In this document: one piece after another, positions 18,021-27,042 of the stretch
Numbering within the stretch: position 1 is the first letter of the stretch
How the letters are laid out: the number at the start of each line of letters is the position of its first letter
From: a virus
Reading direction: 5' to 3' (one strand)
DNA: 64,000 bases
IMG/VR virus record: IMGVR_UViG_3300037882_003535
Location: 7,810-71,809 of that record
Notes under the pieces: generated by a model
What the model was told of the DNA's origin: nothing
Seen by the model: the letters and a program-made list of their open reading frames with translations, nothing else
Database searches by the model: none
Position numbers and translations under genes: made by a program

Positions 18021-18087
18021 GATCGGCGGTGGATATTTCCCACAGGGTTCCCGATCGGGCATCCTCCCAAAAATCCCCGATCGCACC

Positions 18088-20943
18088 ATGGCTCGACTGA
18101 TTCACCGAGGCGAATTCGCCAGTATTCGCAATAGCTTAATCATTCCGACCTATGGCGGAGGTCGCCTGACCCCACAGGATACGGCGTATCTGGAGCATGG
18201 TGGTGGGCGATATCATGCGCTGGATGCATTGCTTGATGTGTTTCGAGATGCCCATGCGGGAGCCGTAGCGCAGCAGCGGATTGGGGCCGTAATTGGGCGA
18301 GAGTGGAAGCTGAAAGAGGGCGGCGAGAGTGCGATCGATCTCAAGGCGCGCGATCTCTGCAAGGCGCAGCTCGACGCATTAGAAATCCCTTCCGCCTCCG
18401 ATGACGATAATGCGATCTATTCGCTGAATACTGGATTAGATGCGGCTTGCACCAATCTGCTGTGGGCGACGTTCTTTGGCATGTCTGCGAGTGAGGCAAT
18501 CTGGGATCAGCAAGGGAAAGAGGTGATTCTGCAAGATTTACGATCGCGGGATGTTCGGCGGTTTGCGTGGGTGGCGGGGGAGTCGAGTGGGTACAAATTG
18601 CGGCTACTGACTCGCGAAAATCCCTATGATGGGATCCCCGTCCCTGCACGTAAGTTTTTGATTCATCGTTTTTTCTCATTGCCGTTGGAAGATCCGTATG
18701 GTGTGGGGATTGCGGCGCGGTTGTTTTATCCCGTTTTTTATAAGCGCCATGCGATTAAGTTTTGGTTGATTTTTGCTGAGAAATGGGCCTCTCCGACCGC
18801 GATCGCGAAGCATCCGACGGATGCGAATGAGAAGCAGGTGGATGACCTGCTGGAGATGATTAACGCGATCGCCTCTGATACGGGGGTGGCCATTCCTGAT
18901 ACGGTATCGCTTGATTTCTTGAAGGCTCCGGGCGGTGCGATCGACTCCTACGAAGGGCTGAAAAAATTTTGCAATGAGGAAATCTCAAAGATTGTCATTG
19001 GGCAGACTGCGACGGTGGATCAGTCCCAAGGAGGCGGGAGTCGAGCAAGAGACCAAGTTGCTGACGGTATTCGGGTGGAACTGGCTAAATCTGATTCTGA
19101 CCTGCTCAGTGGGACCATTAACCGACTGCTCGCGTGGATGACTTGGGCGAACTTTGGTCCCGACGCGAAGGCTCCTCGACTATGGCGTGAGTTCCCCGAA
19201 TTAGAAAATAAGGTCAACCGATCGGAGGAAGCTACCGTAATTTCGACGCTGACGAATGCAGGATTCAAACCTAAAAAAGAATGGGTTGAAAATCGTCTTG
19301 ATGTTGAACTGGAAGACGTACAGGATGCGATCGCGCCGGAGAACCCAGACACTCCACCGGATATTGGTAAATTGCTCGGTGGTGAGCCTGCACCGGAGAA
19401 TCCAGAGGAAGCGATCGAGCCTCCTCCCGCTTTTGAAGAGGTGGAGTTTGGTGGGGTGTCGAAGGTTTTGAAGTGGAATGGGTTGGCGATCGGGCTTGAA
19501 GTAATGCCGGGTGAGTCTCGGTGGAAGGGGACGGGCCATGAGCGAACTCTGACGGCGGCTTATGGTCACATTCGTCTGCATCAAGGTAACGATGGTGAAG
19601 CATTGGATTGCTATGTATCGCCTGCGGTCTTGGATGAGGGTGGGAGCGATCGGATCTTCTTGGTGTCGCAGTTGGATGCGGCTGGGGCGTTTGATGAAGA
19701 GAAGTTGATGCTTGGGTATGCCGATGAGAAGGCGGCGCGATCGGCTTATCTGGCAGAAATGCCCAAACAGTTTTTCGGGGATATTGTCGAGCTTGAGTTG
19801 GAGGATTTAGAAGAATTTAAGCTCGATTTTGCGAAGACTCAGAAGAATTGCAAGAAGGGTTATTCGTGCGGGTTTAGCTGCATTCGGACAGCGTACAAGT
19901 GCAAGTCTCCCATGAAGGGGCAGGCTCGGAATTATGCTGATTATTTGGTTGGTGCGGTTAAGCGAATTGGTATTGAAAAGATGCCTCAACGCCACGCCTC
20001 GGATGCTCGCGCAATGGGCTTAGGGTTTGAGCATTCAACTACTGGGCAAGGAATTCTATTCCCGATCGCTCCGCTCTTGAAAGTTTCGGACAAACAGAAA
20101 GGTGAAGCGAAATTCACTCGAAGCTCAATTGAGAAACAGATTCTTAAACAAAAAGAACTCATTAAGAGTGAAACCGATCGCAAAGATCCGGATGCGAATC
20201 AAATCGCTAGAATGCAGCGAAGAATTAAGCGAATGCGCGATCGTGTCAAAGAATTGAAGGCAATAGAAGAAACGGGAGCCATCCCCCGATCGAGCCTTCG
20301 AGGGACTGAAATTGAAGTCCCGGCGAAACCCAAAGCGCCTAAATCAGACGTTCAAGCTCAAAGCGACAAAGTTAAAGCCAGTCTCGATCGTCAGGACGTT
20401 AAAGCCAAAAAAGAGGCTGATTTGGACCGACAGAAGCAGCAAGAGCAGAAGGACGCATTCGATCGATCTCAAGGTAAAGCAACCCGCGCTGAAGTGGTAG
20501 CGAAATTGCCTGATATTTTGAAGCCGTCTAAATTAACGAAGTCTTACGAAGACGCTCGTGATGAATGGTCTAAGGCTGTTCAGGACGGTTCTAAAACAAT
20601 GAAGGGAAAGAAGATTAAAGCTTCTGGCGATCGGGTGGAATATCTTGATTATGGGGGCGGTGTGGGCATTAGCTCAGTACAAGTCGGACGGACAACTGAG
20701 AAAGCTTTAATTGAAACGCCTACAGGTCAAATCATTGCCCGAATCCCGAAAAACATGAAGGCGACAGAGGCGGCTTTTGTTGCTTCTCAAGTATTGTCCA
20801 AGAATATCAAAGAAGGCTTGGCTAGTTCGGATAAAGGGACGAAAGCCGCTGCGGAAGAGTCGGTGCGATGGCTCCGTGATTTTGTGGACAAACGATCGAA
20901 AGGTCAACTGCTCGTCCCTCCGAAATACTCAGGAGAGGGCTAG
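18088..20943 (+). CDS. Mu gp29-like portal (DUF935) fused to an inorganic pyrophosphatase domain and a Cys-rich/basic C-terminal region
   Basis: PYGVG..ARLFYP..YK....FWLIFAEKW and CNEEISKIVIGQTAT (DUF935); YGHIR..GNDGEALDCYV and FDEEKLMLG (InPase). Confidence 0.85.
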   Translation: MARLIHRGEFASIRNSLIIPTYGGGRLTPQDTAYLEHGGGRYHALDALLDVFRDAHAGAVAQQRIGAVIGREWKLKEGGESAIDLKARDLCKAQLDALEIPSASDDDNAIYSLNTGLDAACTNLLWATFFGMSASEAIWDQQGKEVILQDLRSRDVRRFAWVAGESSGYKLRLLTRENPYDGIPVPARKFLIHRFFSLPLEDPYGVGIAARLFYPVFYKRHAIKFWLIFAEKWASPTAIAKHPTDANEKQVDDLLEMINAIASDTGVAIPDTVSLDFLKAPGGAIDSYEGLKKFCNEEISKIVIGQTATVDQSQGGGSRARDQVADGIRVELAKSDSDLLSGTINRLLAWMTWANFGPDAKAPRLWREFPELENKVNRSEEATVISTLTNAGFKPKKEWVENRLDVELEDVQDAIAPENPDTPPDIGKLLGGEPAPENPEEAIEPPPAFEEVEFGGVSKVLKWNGLAIGLEVMPGESRWKGTGHERTLTAAYGHIRLHQGNDGEALDCYVSPAVLDEGGSDRIFLVSQLDAAGAFDEEKLMLGYADEKAARSAYLAEMPKQFFGDIVELELEDLEEFKLDFAKTQKNCKKGYSCGFSCIRTAYKCKSPMKGQARNYADYLVGAVKRIGIEKMPQRHASDARAMGLGFEHSTTGQGILFPIAPLLKVSDKQKGEAKFTRSSIEKQILKQKELIKSETDRKDPDANQIARMQRRIKRMRDRVKELKAIEETGAIPRSSLRGTEIEVPAKPKAPKSDVQAQSDKVKASLDRQDVKAKKEADLDRQKQQEQKDAFDRSQGKATRAEVVAKLPDILKPSKLTKSYEDARDEWSKAVQDGSKTMKGKKIKASGDRVEYLDYGGGVGISSVQVGRTTEKALIETPTGQIIARIPKNMKATEAAFVASQVLSKNIKEGLASSDKGTKAAAEESVRWLRDFVDKRSKGQLLVPPKYSGEG

Positions 20944-20981
20944 CGATCGGGAACAATCCCGCAAACGCTAATCCCCTATTT

Positions 20982-21362
20982 ATGTCACAAGCTCTCCTCC
21001 CCGAACAATCCCAATTAGAAACCGCGATCGAGCGTCAGCTAATGCAGTCGTTAGGCGCTGCTGATTTTGCTGACGAGTTGCCCGCAAACCCCACGCCGGA
21101 ACAACTCGATAAAATGATTGTGCCGATGGTTCGGTACATCCTCCAAGCTGGCGAGAAGGGGTATAAGGACGGCATTGACGAGGTTACGGATAAGGATGGA
21201 AATCCCCCCAGTGCTGAGAATAACTGGCTTGTGGCCGATCGGGGGATTGAGGGGCTATTTATCGATCGGCGTCCGGGTGGCGATCGTACCTTTGAATTCG
21301 TTCTGGAAAACTCTGGGGATAATTGGGGCAAAAGTTTTCAGATGGTCTCTGGAGAGGCTTAA
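20982..21362 (+). CDS. hypothetical head-associated protein
   Basis: 126 aa between the portal and sigma factor; ADFADE motif after a short leader. Confidence 0.7.
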   Translation: MSQALLPEQSQLETAIERQLMQSLGAADFADELPANPTPEQLDKMIVPMVRYILQAGEKGYKDGIDEVTDKDGNPPSAENNWLVADRGIEGLFIDRRPGGDRTFEFVLENSGDNWGKSFQMVSGEA

Positions 21363-21369
21363 TCTATCC

Positions 21370-22098
21370 ATGACAACGTACAGCCAAAACTACGACCTAT
21401 TCTGCCAGTACCAAGCCGATCGCGATCGTAAGCTCCGAGACAAAATCTTTAAAATCAATGAAAATCTGATTCATTCTGTCATCAAAAAAATGACAAAGTT
21501 TGGATGGGAATATGATGACTTGTATCAGTGCGGGGCGATCGGTCTAGTGTTTGCGATCGATCGGTTTGACCCTAGCAACGGCGCGGCCTTCAGTTCCTAT
21601 GCCGTTCCTTATATTCGGGGTGAGATTTTGCGGTATTTCCGCGATCGGTTTGGACTTGTTAAACCTCCAAGACCGCTTTATGAACTCTATTGTCGTGGTC
21701 AGAAATTCATTGAAAAGCACCAACAGACGACGGGACGAATCCCTTCCGAAGTGACGATCGCCTGTGGGCTAGATGTCGATTTAGCCGAATGGCGGGATGC
21801 TGTTTTTGCAAATACTAAACCCGATTCTTTGGATGTGGCAATCCCTGATTCTCTACGAACTCGGATTGATTATGTCCCATCTCCGGAGAAAGAGGATATT
21901 CCTACGATTGAGATCGAAGAATTGTTGAATTCAATCGATCCAAAATTTTCGATGATTCTTCGCGAGATCTACTGGAAGAATCGCACGGCCAAGTCGATCG
22001 CTAAAGACTTTGGAGTTTGGCCAATGACGATTACCCGTTGGAAACAGTCGGCTTTGCGAAAGCTGCGGGTTGCGATCGGGAACCATCCCATAAATTAA
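21370..22098 (+). CDS. group-3 sigma-70 factor (SigF/SigJ-like)
   Basis: DLYQCGAIGLVFAIDRFDPSNGAAFSSYAVPYIRGEILRYFRD; region-4 HTH. Confidence 0.9.
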   Translation: MTTYSQNYDLFCQYQADRDRKLRDKIFKINENLIHSVIKKMTKFGWEYDDLYQCGAIGLVFAIDRFDPSNGAAFSSYAVPYIRGEILRYFRDRFGLVKPPRPLYELYCRGQKFIEKHQQTTGRIPSEVTIACGLDVDLAEWRDAVFANTKPDSLDVAIPDSLRTRIDYVPSPEKEDIPTIEIEELLNSIDPKFSMILREIYWKNRTAKSIAKDFGVWPMTITRWKQSALRKLRVAIGNHPIN

Positions 22099-22110
22099 GC
22101 TTTTAGCCCT

Positions 22111-23334
22111 ATGAATGTGCTCGATCGTCTTCCTCAATTGTGGGGAGAACCCATTGAATTTCGTGAACAGCCATCTGCTCTGGTTGAACTGTCCGATCGT
22201 GTGACGGCATTGGAGACGATCGACTTTGCTGGGAAGAAGGGATCGAAGGTTACTCAGAAAAAGAACTGTGTTAAAGGTTCAAGTTGCGGTTTTACTTGCA
22301 TTCGGGCTGGGGCTGTGTGTCGATCGGAGATGAAGGGTAAGGAAAAAGAGTTTGCGGGTTATCTGAAGAAATCAGCCGGGAGCACGAAAGGCAAGGCAAA
22401 GGTTGAACCTGTTGAAAAACCTCCCGTGGTGGCGAAGAAACCGAAGAAGGATGATATCCCTGATGTGCAGAAGGAGACGATCGCGGCTAAGGTCGATCGG
22501 AAGAGAGATGGAACCCATACGGATATCCCTGATGGAAAAATTCCGCCTAGTCCTAGGGTCGCTTATTCATGGAAAAAAGATGCGGGCGGAGTTGAGCGCT
22601 ACTACAGAAACGAAATCAGCCCAGATGGCAAACGAAATCTTATTGAAATATCTGGGCAAGAGCTTAAATCTGTCGTTAAAGCTGAATTTAACAGTGATTT
22701 CAAGCTAGCTAAGTTTGGGCGAGATGTCCGCCCTGAGTCTGAAACTAAAAAAATTGAAGAAAAAGTACGATCGAGTCAGATCTCTGCGATCAAGAAATTA
22801 TCAGGACTTTCTGAAGATGAGGCAAGAGCGGCTATTGACGCAATTAAAAAGTACTCAGAGCCTGAGGGTAGCGTTATTAGCTATGGCTCAATCAGAAATG
22901 TTCAGAGGGGAATTTTAAAGACAGCAGATGGGCGAGATCTGACGAAAGCAGAGCTATCCAAGGTTGAATCTACGACTAAATCAATTAATCGGTATCTTGA
23001 GAAGATGCCCTCTTTTGATGGGGTCGTTCATCGTGGAATGTCATTCGATTCAAAAGAGGATCGCGATGCATTTGTCTCGAAAATTTCAGGGGGGTACTCA
23101 TTGGAGGCAATGTCTAGCTTCTCAAGCTCAAAAAATACAGCAAAAGAGTTTGCCTCTCAATCTGGGTCCGGTGTTCTTTTTACTGTAAAGAATAAATCCG
23201 GCGTATCAATCAAGAGGCTTAGTGAAGTAGAAGAAGAGAATGAAGTTCTCGTACCGAAAGATACTAGATATAGAATTGTGGGGAAACCCAAGAAAGTAGC
23301 CAATGTTCTAGTCGTTGAAATGGAAGAATTCTAA
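22111..23334 (+). CDS. ADP-ribosyltransferase (R-S-E, exoenzyme/VIP2-like) with an N-terminal Cys-rich module
   Basis: VHRGM, MSSFSSS, EEENEVL catalytic motifs. Confidence 0.85.
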   Translation: MNVLDRLPQLWGEPIEFREQPSALVELSDRVTALETIDFAGKKGSKVTQKKNCVKGSSCGFTCIRAGAVCRSEMKGKEKEFAGYLKKSAGSTKGKAKVEPVEKPPVVAKKPKKDDIPDVQKETIAAKVDRKRDGTHTDIPDGKIPPSPRVAYSWKKDAGGVERYYRNEISPDGKRNLIEISGQELKSVVKAEFNSDFKLAKFGRDVRPESETKKIEEKVRSSQISAIKKLSGLSEDEARAAIDAIKKYSEPEGSVISYGSIRNVQRGILKTADGRDLTKAELSKVESTTKSINRYLEKMPSFDGVVHRGMSFDSKEDRDAFVSKISGGYSLEAMSSFSSSKNTAKEFASQSGSGVLFTVKNKSGVSIKRLSEVEEENEVLVPKDTRYRIVGKPKKVANVLVVEMEEF

Positions 23335-23549
23335 TGAAAAGAAAAAGTAATCGATTGGTTGACCGTCCTGAGACTGCCGCAATTAAACCGTTGCCTTCTG
23401 ACAAAAAGCTTGTAATAGAAGATCTAAATATGACCCTTGACGAGTATTTGAACTCCCTGGGATTAGATGATGACCCTTTGCCGAAAAACAATCACAGGCT
23501 TGAAATAGGGGCGGATGACAGCCCTACGGATCTCCCTGAGGATCTTTAG
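23334..23549 (+). CDS. small acidic protein coupled to the ART (candidate immunity)
   Basis: 71 aa, TAATG coupling. Confidence 0.55.
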   Translation: MKRKSNRLVDRPETAAIKPLPSDKKLVIEDLNMTLDEYLNSLGLDDDPLPKNNHRLEIGADDSPTDLPEDL

Positions 23550-23551
23550 CA

Positions 23552-23956
23552 ATGAAGCTTGATATCACGATCGAAAACCTCTCCATAACCCAAAAGACGA
23601 TCGCAGAACTTCGGGGACGGGTGCAGAACCCTGAACCTGCGATGCGATCGATCGGGGAATATTTCAAAAAACGGGTGGACGATCGGTTTGCGGCGGAAGG
23701 GCCGAATTGGAAAGCTCCAACCGATCGATATCGGCGATGGAAATCCAAAGCGGGCTATGGCGCGAAAACGCTGACACTTACCGGAGCGCTGCGGGCATCG
23801 ATCGTAGCGCAGACGACGGGCGATAGTGTTTCGATCGGAACTGATATTCCTTACGCCGAACATCAAAACCGAGTTCGCCCATTCATGGAAGCGGACGAAC
23901 GGGACCAACGGGAATTCACTGATATTTTATTTGACCATTACACAGGAAACGGCTGA
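23552..23956 (+). CDS. phage virion morphogenesis protein (Mu gpG-like)
   Basis: RFAAEGPNW, LTLTGALRASI, IGTDIPYAEHQ, RPFM. Confidence 0.85.
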   Translation: MKLDITIENLSITQKTIAELRGRVQNPEPAMRSIGEYFKKRVDDRFAAEGPNWKAPTDRYRRWKSKAGYGAKTLTLTGALRASIVAQTTGDSVSIGTDIPYAEHQNRVRPFMEADERDQREFTDILFDHYTGNG

Positions 23957-25200
23957 TGAGCGACATCTCGATCGAAATCCTCCCCATCGGGACTCACACC
24001 TCTGCCAGCGGCTATAAATTGGCGGCGACGGCGGCGGACCTGAAGGAACTGGTGGCGACCTTCGATCGGGAGGTCTTTCGTCCGCCGTTGATTATTTCTC
24101 ACGATACCAAGGGGTTGCAAGACGAGGCGATCGCAAACTCAGAGTTTGCCTTCGGAGTCCCTAAAGCGTTGAAGGTGGTGGGGAAGAAATTGAAGGCAAT
24201 CTTTGACCCAAAGGAAGTCTCTCCCGAATTCCAGCAATGGGTCAAGGATCGCAAACTCACCAGCGTCTCCAGTAGCCTGTACCTTCGCGATTCCCCCAGC
24301 AATCCAAACCCCGGCAAACTCACCCTGCGCCACATTGCTGCGCTGGGTAAAACGCCCCCCGCCATCAAGGGCATGGAATCTCTTCAAACTGCATTCAACT
24401 GCAACGAGTTTGAAGAGGGCGTTCAAATGTTCACCATTCAATTTAGTGCCCCAATGAGTACCACCGAAACCGCCGACTTTAGTTACTCCGATCGTCTGAT
24501 CTCAAACATTTTGCAACGACTTCGTGAGCATCTCATCGAAACAGCCGATCGCGAAACGGCGGATTCGATCGTGCCATTGGGTGAGCTTCAAAGCATTACC
24601 GAAATGGATATGTTTGGTGCTCGGGAAATCGATCGATTGCGCGATCGGATCTATGCGCTGGAAAGTTCAGAGCGATCGGAATCTGCGGGAATAATCCCGG
24701 CATATTCGGAAATTGAAGCAGAAGCTGTAAACGAACCTGAAATTGATATGGCAGATTTTGAAGAAAAAGAATCTCGGTTAGCCGAGATCGAAGAAAAGAT
24801 CGCCGCAGGGGAAACTCGTTTGCGGCGGACGGAATTCCTGGAATTTTGCGAGACGATCGCGAAGGGTAAAATCCTTCCCGGCGTTGCAAGCTTCGACGAC
24901 ATGGCTGATTTCATGGAGCATTTGCATTCCATTGAATCCAATGTTGATTTTGAAGAGCATGGCGGACCTACTCCGCTCGACTTCTTCAAGACGATGATCG
25001 GCAAACTTCCCAATGCGATCGAGTTTGGCGAATTGGCAGGTGGCAAACCTCCGACTGCTGTAGCTCCGACCGTGAATGGAACCTTTGACGCATCGGAACT
25101 TGACGCCGATCGAGCCATCCGAGACTATTGCGCTCAAAATGGCCTAGACCCTGAAACCGACTACGCGAGAGCAATGACAGCTCTAGGAATGACGTACTAA
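23956..25200 (+). CDS. Mu gpI-like prohead protease/scaffold
   Basis: IEILPIGTH, PLIISH, SVSSS, LRHIAALGKTPPAIKGM. Confidence 0.85.
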   Translation: MSDISIEILPIGTHTSASGYKLAATAADLKELVATFDREVFRPPLIISHDTKGLQDEAIANSEFAFGVPKALKVVGKKLKAIFDPKEVSPEFQQWVKDRKLTSVSSSLYLRDSPSNPNPGKLTLRHIAALGKTPPAIKGMESLQTAFNCNEFEEGVQMFTIQFSAPMSTTETADFSYSDRLISNILQRLREHLIETADRETADSIVPLGELQSITEMDMFGAREIDRLRDRIYALESSERSESAGIIPAYSEIEAEAVNEPEIDMADFEEKESRLAEIEEKIAAGETRLRRTEFLEFCETIAKGKILPGVASFDDMADFMEHLHSIESNVDFEEHGGPTPLDFFKTMIGKLPNAIEFGELAGGKPPTAVAPTVNGTFDASELDADRAIRDYCAQNGLDPETDYARAMTALGMTY

Positions 25201-25202
25201 CT

Positions 25203-25553
25203 ATGGCTCAGCAAACAATTACACCTCAAACCATCCTCGCGCAGGGTGCAGGCTTCAAAGGGCAAGCGATCGGGTGGAACTGCCAAGTCGCAGGCGCAAA
25301 CGTCGGAATCATGGGAATTGCAGATCATCACTTTGTCGCAGGTGACGCGGTGCGGGTCTTGGTTGGTCATGTCGTCGATGCCCTCAGCGGCGGTGCGATC
25401 GACGGCACTGAGTCTCGTCTGATGACGAACGCCTCCGGCAAGCTAATTCCTTGGACGACGGGTAACGTGGTCGCAGCCCGATTGATCGTGAAACCCGGCA
25501 ACATCGCAACAGGTGCAGACCAGTTTATTGAAGTGTCTCCGATTCGATCGTAG
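25203..25553 (+). CDS. capsid decoration/cement protein (DUF2190-like)
   Basis: 116 aa Gly/Ala-rich, between the protease and capsid genes. Confidence 0.7.
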   Translation: MAQQTITPQTILAQGAGFKGQAIGWNCQVAGANVGIMGIADHHFVAGDAVRVLVGHVVDALSGGAIDGTESRLMTNASGKLIPWTTGNVVAARLIVKPGNIATGADQFIEVSPIRS

Positions 25554-25622
25554 AACGCTAGGTTTTAGACAGGTTCAGAGTTCCATCCCTCTGCTGACCT
25601 CTAGAACCCTAACGGAAGTAAC

Positions 25623-26618
25623 ATGCCAGCAGATATCTCACTAACAGGTGCCCGAGCGACGGTATCGTTGCCTCTCACCAACCTTGCCCAAAAGTCCGCT
25701 CAAGCAACCTATGTGATGCGATCGCTGTATCCGTTGGCTGAAGTTGGCAGCTACGGCGGTGTCGTGATTCAGTTTGATGAAAGCGACTATGAATACGTTG
25801 ATGACACTCGCGCAGATGATGCAGCATTCGCCGAAATCCAGTCTGGATACGAAGGTAAGCCGTTCAAACTGAATACTAAAGGGCTACGCTACCGCGTCTC
25901 CGATAAACGCCGAAAAGAAATGGCGAACCTCAAGGTTAATTGGGGCGATATGGCGGTTAAATCCCTCATGTCTCGCGCAGGCTTGTACCACGAAATCGAG
26001 TGTGCGGTTAAAGCTACTACTTTCGCAAACTACGCTTCCACCAACCGAGTTACCTTAGCGGGGGGGAGTCGATTCAGTGATTCCGCCGTGGACCCTGAGC
26101 CGCTCCTTCGTGCAGGGAAAGACGCGATCGCAAACCAAATTGGTGTGGAGTCGAATGTCTGCGTCATGGGGCGCATGGTCTTCTCTGCCTTGGCTGCACG
26201 GTATTCGCGGACATTCACGAGCGCTGGTACCACTCCAGGCATCCGATCGCAGCTTACGAAAGCCGCTTTTGCTGATATTTACGGCTTCGAGCGTGTCGAG
26301 ATCTGTGATGCGATCGTGACTCGGAACGGAGTCAAGGGCAAGGCGTTCGGTAATCATCTGGTGATGGCTTACACGAACCCTGACGCCATCAATGGCAACA
26401 TCGTCACGTACCAGCCTCAGGGCGATATCTCCCCCATGGTGGGCGGAATGGGCTACACCTACGTCATGCAGGGCAACCCCTTGATGTATGAGCCTTGGGA
26501 AGATAAGAACACGAAAGCGACGGTATTCGACCTCGACTTCGATCGTCAGGTACAGAACACGGGTGTGAACGCCGCAGGTCAGATTACCTACGGATATCTG
26601 ATTGAAAACGCGGTGTAA
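25623..26618 (+). CDS. major capsid protein
   Basis: 331 aa; LTNLAQ, MGYTY motifs; synteny. Confidence 0.85.
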   Translation: MPADISLTGARATVSLPLTNLAQKSAQATYVMRSLYPLAEVGSYGGVVIQFDESDYEYVDDTRADDAAFAEIQSGYEGKPFKLNTKGLRYRVSDKRRKEMANLKVNWGDMAVKSLMSRAGLYHEIECAVKATTFANYASTNRVTLAGGSRFSDSAVDPEPLLRAGKDAIANQIGVESNVCVMGRMVFSALAARYSRTFTSAGTTPGIRSQLTKAAFADIYGFERVEICDAIVTRNGVKGKAFGNHLVMAYTNPDAINGNIVTYQPQGDISPMVGGMGYTYVMQGNPLMYEPWEDKNTKATVFDLDFDRQVQNTGVNAAGQITYGYLIENAV

Positions 26619-26621
26619 CTG

Positions 26622-26645
26622 AATGCCGACCATGGTCGGCATTTG
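26622..26645. repeat. 22-bp palindrome AATGCCGACCATGGTCGGCATT
   Basis: 20 bp identical to 53680-53699; partial copy at 11854-11867. Confidence 0.8.
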
Positions 26646-26673
26646 CTCCCATTCTGAATGTTTTGAGATTTTT

Positions 26674-27042
26674 ATGGCCTTATCCTACGTAGTGAAATTA
26701 GGTCCGATCGTCTCCGGCGATCGGACCTATCAAGACAATGATCCTTACGACGGCACCGACATCGAGTATCTTTTGGCTCACGGGCGAATTGCGCAAATCG
26801 GAACTGGTGAAGAGTCTCTAGTGATTCCCGTTGTACCGATCGGAGATTTTATTGAGTCTCTGATTGAATTGCCAACGGAACCCGTAGTGGATATCCTCGG
26901 GATGAGTGTGAATGATGCGCGTGAGGCGATCGCAAGTTGCTCGGATGCTGATACGTTGCAAATCTGGATGGCGACGGATGCCCGATCGCCCATTCGTAAA
27001 GCGATTAACGATCGGTTGACGGCATTGAAAGAGGCTGTGTAA
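26674..27042 (+). CDS. hypothetical head-associated protein
   Basis: 122 aa directly after the capsid gene; TAATG coupling. Confidence 0.7.
   Translation: MALSYVVKLGPIVSGDRTYQDNDPYDGTDIEYLLAHGRIAQIGTGEESLVIPVVPIGDFIESLIELPTEPVVDILGMSVNDAREAIASCSDADTLQIWMATDARSPIRKAINDRLTALKEAV

Noticed and set aside
17920-18087. 56-aa N-terminal extension of the portal given by the ORF track
   Set aside because: It is the antisense shadow of the LuxR gene; ATG 18088 follows the promoter-like box
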